Shown here in pieces: positions 25,101 through 35,814 of a stretch of 64,000 nt of DNA (the first letter of the stretch is position 1; the number at the start of each line of letters is the position of its first letter). Below the pieces are notes generated by a model that was given only the letters and a program-made list of their open reading frames with translations, was not told where the DNA came from and searched no databases. The translations under genes and the position numbers were made by a program. This DNA comes from Utricularia gibba (Eukaryota > Plantae > Magnoliophyta): NCBI GenBank assembly GCA_002189035.1, contig NEEC01000017.1, positions 1 through 64,000 of the forward strand. The letters run 5' to 3'.

Positions 25101-26137
25101 ATGCCAGCCATATTCTTCTTGGGAGGCCTTAAGAATATGATAGAAGAGCGTTTCATGACGGTTTCAAGAACAAGTATTCCTTTTATCATAATGGACGCTC
25201 CATCACACTTGCTCCATTATCTCCAAAGGAGGCACATGAAGATCAAGTCAGAATCCTTCGTGATGCTAGAGCCCTGCATAGTGCTAATGGAAAACACCAG
25301 GAGGATGTGCCTAAGGGAGAAGAGATGAGTGGAGTGAAAATGAGTGAAAAAAATATTCGAAAAGTGAAGAGAAAAGAAGAGATGGGAAGGAATTGAGTGG
25401 GAAAAAGGATGACAATGAGTGCAAGACAGAAAGTGGAAACATGAGAGTTTTAGAAATTGAGAAAAAGAATGAGAGTCTCTTAGCAAGGCCAAGTGAGATT
25501 AGACACTCACTTCATGCTAAGCAATCATTCCTTCTACTTATGTACAAGGATGAAGTTCCTACTTTCCTAACAATGCTTCACCCATTCCATCTTGTATTGT
25601 GTCTCTCTTACAGGTATATGAAGATGTATTTCCAGAAGAACTTCAAGGCCTACCTCCCCTTAGAGGGATTGAGCATCAAATTGGCCTTGTACCAGGAGCA
25701 CAACTCCCAAACTGACCAGCCTATCGAGCCAATCTAGAGGAGACGAAGGAAATACAAAAGCAAGTTGAGGAATTGATGTCTAAAGGATTTTTGCATGAGA
25801 GCATGAGCCCATGCTCTGTGCCAGTGTTATTGGTTCCAAAGTCTGATGGAACTTGGCGGATGTGCACTGATTGTCGCGCCATCAACAACATCACAATCAA
25901 GTATAGACATCCTATCCCTACACTTGAAGATTGATTTGAGAAGGTGGATATCATCAGATTAGAATGAAGGAAGGTGATGAGTGGAAAACCTCTTTTAAAA
26001 TTAAGTTTGATTTGTATGAGTGGGTTGTTATGCCTTTTGGACTATCTAATGCTCCTAGCACCTTTATGAGATTGATGAATCACGTTCTTAGGCTTATATA
26101 GGTAGATTTGTAGTCGTTTATTTTGATGATATTCTGA
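22186..26137 (+). mobile_element. CRM-clade Ty3/gypsy retrotransposon 2, 3'-truncated within RT
   Basis: 5' LTR 22186-22790 (TGATGAG...CATCA); PBS TGGTATCAGAGC 22793-22804; gag (KMKIPQFQGKNDADAYLQWE), zinc knuckle (CFKCLGHGHIASECP), protease (LIIDRGSCTN); RT up to YFDDILIYS. Confidence 0.92.
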
Positions 26138-27648
26138 TCTATAGCGAAAAGTAACCTCGGGGACTGACGATTCCCATCAGCAGCCTGTCAAGATAGGATT
26201 GATAGGCTGGCTATCGAGGGTGGCACTATCCAACGAAGCTTGGAATGCACTCAATTAGTCATGGGAATAAGAAAAAAAGACGCACAAGTCAAGAAACCCT
26301 CCAAAAAGGCGCGGTGTCTAGAACACTTCTTTTGAGAATGGAGGGCGAATGGAACTTGCTCCACATGCCACGAATGGAGATATGCATACGAAAAAACACC
26401 AACATTGAGTCACCGACGTCGTTGCCAAGTAACTCTCTACAAGCACCGTGTGACGACCTCATTTGCAGCTATTGGATCCCTTGTAGAGTGTCTCTATACC
26501 TCAAAAAACGAGCTTTCTACGGTAGCTCGTTTTCAAGAGCGTATGGCTTTTAAAACTCAGCACATGGATTCGCAATGATGGCAAGGGACAGCACATCCAA
26601 TGGCGTAGTTACCGCAATCGCATTCGAGGAGAAAAGAAGTTGTTTGGAAAAGAATTGGGCATCAAGGAAGACCGTTCAAATAGGCTCACGAAATTTGGAA
26701 TTCGATCAACCCCAATATGAGAAGAATAGGTTTGTGGTCGTGAGCCCCTTGCAGGAGCAGTGGGACGTGCGACTTGTGTTACTCTAGCATTATGTGCGTC
26801 GATGGGTCTAGTGTGTTTCCGCAGTTTCACAAGGATACGGGGTGGCGAAAAGTAGTTTGGAATTAGTATGAAGAAGGGTACCGGGTGCACACAAAAAGCT
26901 ATAAAAGCTGTCCTTGTATGGTTTCCAATAGGTATAAACCAGGTGCCGGGTTCACACGCAAGCCTTCAAGTGAATGTATATGCTGATATTCATTCCAAGC
27001 TTCATTGGATAGTGCCACCCTCGATAGCCAGCCTATGAATACTATCTTGACAGGCTGCTGACGGGAATCGACAGTCCCGAGGTCACTTTTCGCTACATGG
27101 CTTTAAGAAAGTTGAGTAGTTTATGTTTGTATGCAGAACACGAGAAGTCCCCATCCATCGCAGAAAAGGGGCGTGGATAGATGTGCGTCTTGCTACTCGC
27201 TGCTCTATGACCTTAAAATCCTATATTTGTGTGCATTTTGCGGTTTGTCTTCAAACCTGAATGTCCTTCTTCGAGGTTCACTTCTTCGTGTTGCACTCGG
27301 GTTGTTCCGCTTGTATTTCCCAACGAGAGGATATACATTTGTGTCCTCCTTCACTTCATGGAAAGATGTGGGAGCACGCAGCAGATTATCGAGTTTTGAA
27401 AAAGAACACACATCACGAGGCAACCTAACAATGCAGCAACCAGCCCTAATTCGTTCTACATGGAGCATCATCAATGAGTATGGCATTGGAAGTGGCATAC
27501 TCTACATGCAAATTGTAATACCTTGGCAGCTACCACCACCTCCTCCGACGTATGCTCACTTCTCCTTGTAGGTGGACTTGATGGTGGTACCGATGACGCG
27601 ACTCCTCCATGCACCTTGAACCATGCAGGTAATGCAAGCACACGCAAT
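26138..27648 (-). repeat. Diverged monomer copy, mostly inverted (26248-27648 = reverse complement of monomer ~140-1475), preceded by a 110-bp forward piece
   Basis: ORFs 26245..26553(+) and 27131..27571(+) mirror the minus-strand ORFs of the array. 26138-26247 matches monomer ~675-780 in forward orientation. Confidence 0.92.
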
Positions 27649-28237
27649 TGTTAGTGTATGTGTTCTTGAGGCAATCAACTCATTGGCAAATCTTATCTTT
27701 TGATATTTACTTTGAATTGTGATCAAATTTATATCATTGATAAAATCCTCTACTTGTTCTATGTGCTATAGAAATTATGATGAGATCATAATGTGAGATT
27801 CTTCAAGCACTCATGATCAAGTTAAAAACTCCCTAGCTAGAGTATTTGTGAAATGAGGATATCACAAATACGGATAAGCTAGCACACATTGAGTTCCCTA
27901 AATTGTTTAGGCAATGGTTCTCACAATTGATGTAATGAGATTACTAGAACCTATGTTTGGGTGTCGATTAGAGAATCGATTCACTGGATGACTCATCTTC
28001 GAGATGCTACTATGGGCAGCTAACCAAGTGTCAGTAGCAAGATCTCGAATATGATAGCCGTGTAATTAAGCTTAAACTTGAGGTCAGCAAAGTTATCTTG
28101 ATCTTAAGCTCACATTTTCGCTCATTACTAATGGGAGCCTAACCATGGCTTGCCTAGTATGGATGATAGGGATGTGACTCCTTAAGGTTGGAGATAGTTG
28201 ATTGATCAATAAAGGATTCATCACTCATGTTAGCGAT
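27649..28237 (+). mobile_element. 5' part of a long AT-rich copia-type (Angela-like) LTR
   Basis: Starts TGTTAGTGTATGTG. Reverse complement of 31307-31872 and related to 45005-45332. No coding sequence, so the lineage is tentative. Confidence 0.7.
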
Positions 28238-28520
28238 ACAATGTCCTCCTCGTACTTCGCTTTCGGCTAAATTCCAACTTAGCAATCGCTAATCACAATT
28301 TCTATGTCTTATTCTCAACATGCTGCTGCGATACAATGTCCTCATTACAACTACGTTTTGAGTTTTTGTGATCATTTCATGACCTTCAAAGCAAGCATTT
28401 TACATCGTGCCTGGCAAGAGATTCAAAACGATGTGCTGTGCATCACATGGATCAAATTGGTTTGAAAGTTATGCTTCCCGAATCAAGGAACATGACGAAT
28501 GGGTTACTCTGCCACGCAAT

Positions 28521-29363
28521 TGAAAGGCTAGGGGCCTAGTGATGGTTACACATCCCACATTGGTTACGGGTGGGGGAGGGGATGTGCTTAAATAAAGAGA
28601 CTCTCCGAATCTAGCATGAGGCCTTTTCCCCAAAAGGGGAGAACATAGAACTATGAGGGTTGGGTGCTCGAAGCGGACAATATCATGTAAGGCGAGTGTG
28701 GGTCATGACATTTGGTATTAGAGTCAAACACGGGCTCGTGCCAATCGTGGGATGAGGTGGGACTCAACGAGGATGCTGACGGTCTAAAAGGGGGTGAATG
28801 TAAGGCCAGAGGCTTAGTGATGGTTATGCATCCCACATTGTTTACAGACAAGAAAGGGGCTGTGCTGAAATAAAGAGACTCTCCTAATCTTGCATGAGAC
28901 ATTTTCCCCATAAAGAGAGAACGTAAAACTATGACGGTTGAGTGCCCAAAGCGAACAATATCATGAAAGGCGAGTGTGGGTCGTGACATATGGTATCAGA
29001 ATAAAACCCAGGCTCATGCCAATGATGCGATGAGAGGGTGCCCAAAGTGGACAATATCATGCAAGGTGAGTGCGGCTCGTGACATTTGGTATCATTGACA
29101 AACCCGGGCTTGTTCCAAGGGCGGGATGAGGTGGCACTAAGTGAGGACACTGATTGTCTAAGAGGGGGTGAATGTAATGCCAAGGGCCTAGTGATGGTTA
29201 TGCATAATCACATTGGTTATGGATGGGGGAGGGGATGTGCTTAAATAGATAGACTCTCGTAATCTTGCATGAGGCCTTTTCCCCGGAAGGGGAGAACGTA
29301 AAATAGTGAGGTTCGGGTGCCCGAAGCGGACAATATCGTGCAAGGTGAGTGTGGGTTGTGACA
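28521..29363 (+). mobile_element. Tandem-array TRIM (three ~190-bp LTRs, one partial LTR, short internal regions)
   Basis: LTRs 28521-28710, 28799-28988 and 29173-29363 end in GTGACA/ATGACA. PBS-like TGGTAT(T/C)AGA after the first two LTRs and TGGTATCA after the partial LTR. PPT AAGGGGGTGAA/GAGGGGGTGAA before LTR2 and LTR3. No coding capacity. Confidence 0.88.
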
Positions 29364-30394
29364 TGTAAACCCTAAAATCGATTCTGAATTCAAAAAATTT
29401 CAAGTGAGAAACTCGACAAAACGAATGGAGTATGCAATATAAAACCATAAGATGCATTTGTCTAAACCCAAATGAACTAAACATAGGTTTAGGCCTTACC
29501 TAACAACCAAACGTGGCCTAAGGCTTCGTAACACAATAAATAAAATAAAAGCAATAAAAGCTGTAGTTACTAGATGAGGGAGGAGTCCTTCACTCCATGT
29601 TTCAGCTCTTTTACTTCCTAAAGAAGGTCTCCAAGCTGACCAACATTTCAAGCTTCTTTAAGTTGCACAAAGGGAGTAGATGCATGATTGAATTGTTTTA
29701 CCATTGGTGCACATTTCACAAATTCCTGAATTGACTTAGAACAAATTTATTTTCTTTATATTATTGGTCCATAAGATTTCAAAATTAAACATTAAAATTT
29801 GATTTTAATGCCAACATAAAAAAAAACTGAATCATGAACTCCATGAACATATGTGCAAGAATTGTAACAATCTAACGATAACCATGTTGTGCTAATTTAA
29901 AAATAAAAGCAATAAACATTAATTAACACAATTTTCCAGAAAAAAATAAACCATGATTTTCATCACACTCAGAACTAACTCTAATCATGGACAAAATGCA
30001 ACAAAAGTACTCGAAACCTAATCAACTAAAATAAATCTAAATATTGAAAATAAAATGCAAAATAAAACTTAGCTAGGGTTGCCTCCCTGTTTATAGTCTA
30101 GTACTCGACTCTCTTTGGGGCTATGTTTTTATCATATCTTTCAATACCATATTGTCAGCAACGTGATGGACCTCATTCTCAAAAGTTTCACAAGAATTGT
30201 TCAACAATTTGAATACTCCATCTTTGCATCTCCTCCACTAATATGGATCATCCCAAATGCCAGATTCTTCATCATTGAAATACATGTTCCTTTCATGGTA
30301 TTCATTTCCAAATGGTACAATTCCTATAGTGATAAATTAACAATATCAGTAGAACCTCGTTCCCAAGTTGTAGTCTTACCTAGGAGTAACTGTT
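29364..30394 (-). mobile_element. Athila-like Ty3/gypsy internal remnant
   Basis: Minus strand encodes WDDPY (30241-30255), as in Athila pol. GGGTTGCCTCCC motif at ~30075. Confidence 0.6.
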
Positions 30395-31872
30395 TGTTGG
30401 GTTTCTCGTAGACATCGTATGTCACAAAAGCAACGGAATTTTAAAAAACTTTTAGAAACCCCAAACGCAAATCTCGGAATATGGTGTACATTAGACAAAG
30501 GGATGTTGAAAATACCATTCAGATGACTCCATTGTTCACCAACCGCCAATAGCAGACGCCCTCTATGGTATCCACACGTGGAGCACTCCGTCGATAACCT
30601 TCTCAAGGCTGTTGAATGATGGTCGAATTCCTTAGGTACTAGTAGAGAAAAACGCCACTTTGTGGATCAATCTCTGAGAGCACAAAGACCTTGAAGCTTA
30701 TCTGTAGATCTAAATCTTTTAATAGATATTTGGTGACATATCAAATCAAATCTCCACAAAGATCCCATCTTGTGGACATATGTATATGTTCCCAATCTTA
30801 TCTATACAAGATCTTTTATTTTGAATTTAATCAATATTAATCTCAAAATAACTCTCTATTTAATTTATCCAATTTACCAATTACATCTCATGTAATTGTG
30901 TCATTCTATTTTATATCGATGAGTGACTCCACTATTGTGTGTGACCCTATAGGCTTCTTCAATTAAGGCCGTAATAATGGATTTATTAATTAACTCTTAA
31001 TTAATCAAATCCATCATTATCGATCATGAGTTATGTCTAGCAAAATATCATGATTCCCAAGATGTAAGAATAATCAGGTGAACTGATTGAGCCTTTCCAC
31101 GACCAGCCACCATGCAATGAACAGCCTTCATCATATTTATATCTCATTCGATACTAGAACATGGGTGTGTGTCTTTCTGATGTATCGAACTTATAATTGC
31201 ATTCAAGCACTAACACTCAAAGACCTACTCAAACAATTCGAGTGTCATTACCCTGGGCCTAGGACTTACTGTTATGCTTTGATGCAATTACTTGAGATAT
31301 GATCACATCGCTAACATGAGTGATGAATCCTTTATTGATCAATCAACTATCTCCAACCTTAAGGAGTCACATCCCTACTCATCCATACTAGGCAAGCCAT
31401 GGTTAGGCTTCCATTAGTAATGAGCGAAAATGTGAGCTTAAGATCAAGATAACTTTGTTGACCTCAAGTCTAAGCTTAATTGCACGGCTATCATATTCGA
31501 GATCTTGCTACTGACACTTGGTTAGCTTCCCATAGTAGCATCTCAAGATGAGTCATCCAGTGAATCGATTCTCTAATCGACACCTACACATAGGTTTTAG
31601 TAATCTCATTACATCAATTGTGAGAACCATTGCATGAATAGTTTAGGGAACTCAATGTGTGCAAGCTTATCTTCATTTCACAAATACTCAAGTCAGGGAG
31701 TTTTATATTGATCATGAGTGCTTGAAGAATCTCATATTATGATCTCATCATAATTTCTATAGCACATAGATCAAGTAGAGGATTTTATCAATGATATAAA
31801 TTTGATCACAATTCAAAGTAAATATCAAAAGATAAGATTTGTCAATGAGTTGATTGTCTCTAGAACACATAA
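30395..31872 (-). mobile_element. Near-complete ~1.48-kb copia-type (Angela-like) LTR, reverse orientation
   Basis: Begins TGTTGGGTTTC (reverse of the ...AAACCCAACA LTR end). Reverse-complement matches to 27649-28237, 31875-32232 and 38717-38883. Confidence 0.72.
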
Positions 31873-32989
31873 TTTCGATAATGATGGATTTGATTAATTA
31901 AGATTTAATTAATAAATTCATTATTATGGTCTTGATTGAAGAAGCTTATAGGATCACACACAATAGTGGATTAACTCAACGATATAAATAGAATGACACA
32001 ATTACATGAGATGTAATTGGTAAAATGGATAAATTAAATAGAGAGCTATTTTGAGATTAATATTGATTAAACTCAAAATAAAAGATCTCATATAGATTTG
32101 ATTTGATATGTTATAAAATATCTATCGAAAGATTTAGATCTTCATATATGCTCCAAGGTCTTCGTGCTCTCTGAGACTGATCCACAAGGAGGCGTTTTTC
32201 TCTACTAGCACCGGAGAAATTCGACCAGCATTTAGAGGTGGGTTCGGTACCAACGAACCGTATGGTTTCGGTTCGGAACCGAACGTTTCCAACGAACCGT
32301 CATTTCCAAAACCGCGGTTCACTGTAGACAACGGTTCCCGTTTCGGTTCGGAATCGTACGGACGAAACCGTAAACCGAACCGAAACCGGAACCGTACGGA
32401 CGGTTTCGGTTCGGAACCGGAACCGAGATTCGGGAACCGAACCGTAACCGGAACCGATCGGTTACTGTTTATATGTATTTTCCAGGCACTCATAAGAATC
32501 ATTTTGGGTGTTTGGCTGTGAAATTTGTAATAATTATTATTTTTTATATTTAAATATTATCAAACAATATATTTAATAATATTAATTTTTGTATTTAACT
32601 AGATATATTATGTAATATACTATATTAATTTTTAAAAAACTATAACTTAAATTACTTGATAGACTATCTCAATAAAATATAATTAAAATCAATATAATTT
32701 TTGACTTAAATAAATGAAATAAATAATTAAATTATTAGTATTTGAATATATATTTGATAAAATTAAACGAGCATATTTCACACGATACATATGGGAATTC
32801 AACGAATGTAACACTAACAACAACATAATTGTCTACTAGAAAAAAAAAGTTATCAACAAAAATATTTCAACTACAACATAAGTGTTCAAAAGAACTAATA
32901 TTAGAGGCTCACTCTAACAATCTTGTAGGCATGCATAATACTCCCATAAGGTATGTCCCTCACGTATGAGAGGCTGTCCTATTCAATTC

Positions 32990-34437
32990 TCATTAACATA
33001 ACTTAGAACATCGTTGAGGCTCAGAGGCACTCAAAGAGGGTCCGGTATATGCCCAACGGCTCTCATACCAATCCAACTTGGAGCGAAGCTCTTCATTCTC
33101 CTATGTTATAAATTCAAGTCTCTCATCTATATCATTGAGACCATGTGTGAGCCCGTCCCCTTCAACATCATTACTTTCTTGTGTCCTCTCATTCTTAGAC
33201 AAATCTTCATTCTTTTGGAATACTCTAGGATTCTTCAACACACCACACCAATAATGTTTTGTCCCCGGTGCATCCACAAATGGCGATAAAATGTCAATAA
33301 AACTCCTTTGCAAACGGTAGAAAAGGAGTATAAGATCTTGTACATCCCTCTTGTGCAAGTTATCAAAACCTACAATAAATAAAGATTAATTAACAATAGA
33401 TTCAACAAAAATATTCAAAAAAAATATTAAATATGAGTAATTTCGACAATTCTAAACTAAATAGCAATAAATTAAATACACATATTCGAAAAGAGTATTG
33501 AAAAAAAAAATTCAATAACACTACAATGTATAAATATATATACTCAATAAGAAAAGATTAAAAAATATTCAATAATGATAGATTGAATAAAAATAGATAG
33601 AAAAGTATTCAATAATAATAGATTGAATAAAAATACATTGAAAAAAAAATCTGTAAAAAATAATAAATAAGAACATAATAAAAAATTAACAAACAAATTT
33701 AATTAGATTAGATCGAATAAAAGTAAAATCTGAAAAAGATTTAGTAAAAACGAGATTTAATAAAATTAACTTGATTAAAAATATTTAATAACAATAGAAT
33801 TAATAAGAGTAGATTAAAAAACATTCAATTATAATACATTCAATAAAAACATTCAATACAAATATTCAATAAAAATATTCATTAAAAATATTCCATATTT
33901 TTATTCATATTTCTTCTAGTAATACAATGAAAGATTTACCTTTTGTCTTGCCTACTTCACTCGAATTAGGATGCATTTGAGGAAATCTTGTTTCCATTGG
34001 AGTATGTATCCAAACAAAGCTTGTTCACCATTCCTCAAATCCTCTTCTCACGTCTGTCACTAGTACCAACCCTTTTTTCCCCTTTAGTGTGTAGTGGTTC
34101 TTGTTTGGAGTCCTGAACATACACTCACAGCAAAAAAATAACGAAGTTCCACCTCAAGAGATAACTCCTCACAAATACTCACAAAAGCCAATACATATGA
34201 GATCGATCTTGGAGTTAAATGAGATAATGGAATCTCTAAACATTCTAATATTTCTTCTAAAAAGGGCAACAATGGTAAGCGCAAACCACAACAAAAATGC
34301 TCTGTGCTTAAGGCAAATCCCATTGGACCCACGCGGTTTGGAATTTCACTCTCAATCAACTCATCCGGTTCTTTCTCCCAAATCTCATACTCATCCGGTA
34401 TCAAGAATCTAGTTCTCAATTTTTCAGAAGTGTACAT
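32990..34437 (-). pseudogene. Spliced accessory gene with a Transposase_28 (PF04195)-like domain inside the hAT element
   Basis: Exon 34437-33940: LRTRFLIPDEYEI...CGLRLPLLPFLEEIL...LSHLTPRSI...W*TSFVWI, with a frameshift at ~34085 and a stop at ~34025. GT-AG intron 33939-33370 joins in frame to ORF 33101..33358. A 5' intron spans 34547-34438. Confidence 0.7.
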
Positions 34438-35209
34438 CTACAAAACACCCATAGGTATTGTATAAAAAATCAAATTACAATAATTGGACAAGGTATTTCA
34501 ATTTGGAACACAAATCAGCAACCCATGATGGAAAATAAATCACATACCTTGTTTAATTTAAACAACACTCCAAGCAGGTGGTGGGACTGTGGGGGTGTTC
34601 GGTCGCTTTCGGCTGGGGGGGACGGGGAAAGAGGTAAGAAAATTTTCTTACCGAATGGGTGAGGATTAGGGTTGTCTTAATTGTCAACGTGGGGAGTGGG
34701 TAAAGTGGGGACTGGGGTGGTGATGTGTAGCGCTATGTCTGGGTGCGTGAAGAGTTGGTTTAATTATCGAAATCATTAGGTAATGATTACGCACAACATG
34801 TATGTAGGTTCATAGGTTGTTAGTAATTATTTTTGTTGATTTTAGATGAGAAGTGTCGCTCGCTTCAATCGATCCGAACCCATTGTGTAATTTTTTTGGA
34901 AATGCTGTTTAATTACTCCAATTTTGAGTCACCCAGAGTCGCTAATGTGGGCGCCTAGCACCGTCACCCGTAAAATTATATTATCTAGGCACCCGTACCC
35001 TAATATTTGGGAATTGCGCAATTTTAAAAGAAGACTTAATTTTCAAAAATATACCATTGTTTTCGTGCATTAATTGGATTATAAGAAATTTAAAATGAAA
35101 TTCTTTCATATATCCTAAATATTACAAAACAAATTAAATGACATGTTAATTAAACATTGAAATAAAATTTCAATAAATAAAAAATTTTCATGTGTCGTTT
35201 AGACCATCT

Positions 35210-35631
35210 TCTAGACACCCACATTGTATCGTGTGGGTGTCTGGAAAGACACTAGGATACCCTTTTCCAGGCACCCACAATGCCTCGCGTGGGTGTCTGG
35301 CAAGAGTGGGCGAGACCATTTCCAGTCACCCATATTTGCACATGTGGGTGTCTTGGAGTGTGCAATCATATTCCAGGCACTCTATCTTTAGGAATGATAT
35401 GGATCGAGTACATTATTTATTTGACTTAAAAATATTGCACTCTATTCTTATGTTTTCTAAGGATCGAATATCAGTGTATAATAAAAAAATGCACTCTATA
35501 TTTAGGAACGATAAGGATCGAGTGTATTATTTATTTGACTTGAAAATATTGCACTCTATCCTTATGTTCGATCCGTATGAGTGCAACCCTATTCCAGGCA
35601 CCCACATTTACACATGTGGGTGTCTGGTAAG
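35210..35631. repeat. Repeated ~38-bp hairpin modules and a 54/60-bp alternating tandem repeat
   Basis: TCCAGGCACCCACA-N8/9-TGTGGGTGTCTGG type modules at ~35210, 35262, 35319 and 35590. GCACTCTAT recurs at 35377, 35437, 35491 and 35551. Confidence 0.8.
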
Positions 35632-35814
35632 GATGTATCCAAAGGTTTTGGTAATTGCTCGGATCATATAATTTTAATGAAAGGCATGAATACAGCGTAC
35701 TTCATCTTTATACAAATTAATAGTTCTTCATGAAGCACACAATGTTATCAAATTAGGAGTCTTCAACTTCATCTTCACTTGAACTTGAGGATAATGTTTG
35801 ATTTCTTTTCAATG

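Noticed and set aside
27641-28522. CACGCAATTG occurs just before both the long LTR (27641) and the TRIM (28513), and GCGATACAATGTCCTC is repeated at ~28233 and ~28328
   Set aside because: Each 10-mer overlaps an element terminus, and I could not build a consistent insertion or TSD model. It may be filler or coincidence.
28521-29363. CRISPR-like or Cassandra interpretation of the short repeat array
   Set aside because: The repeats are ~190-bp LTRs with PBS and PPT, not 25-45-bp repeats with unique spacers. No 5S-derived domain is visible in the LTR.
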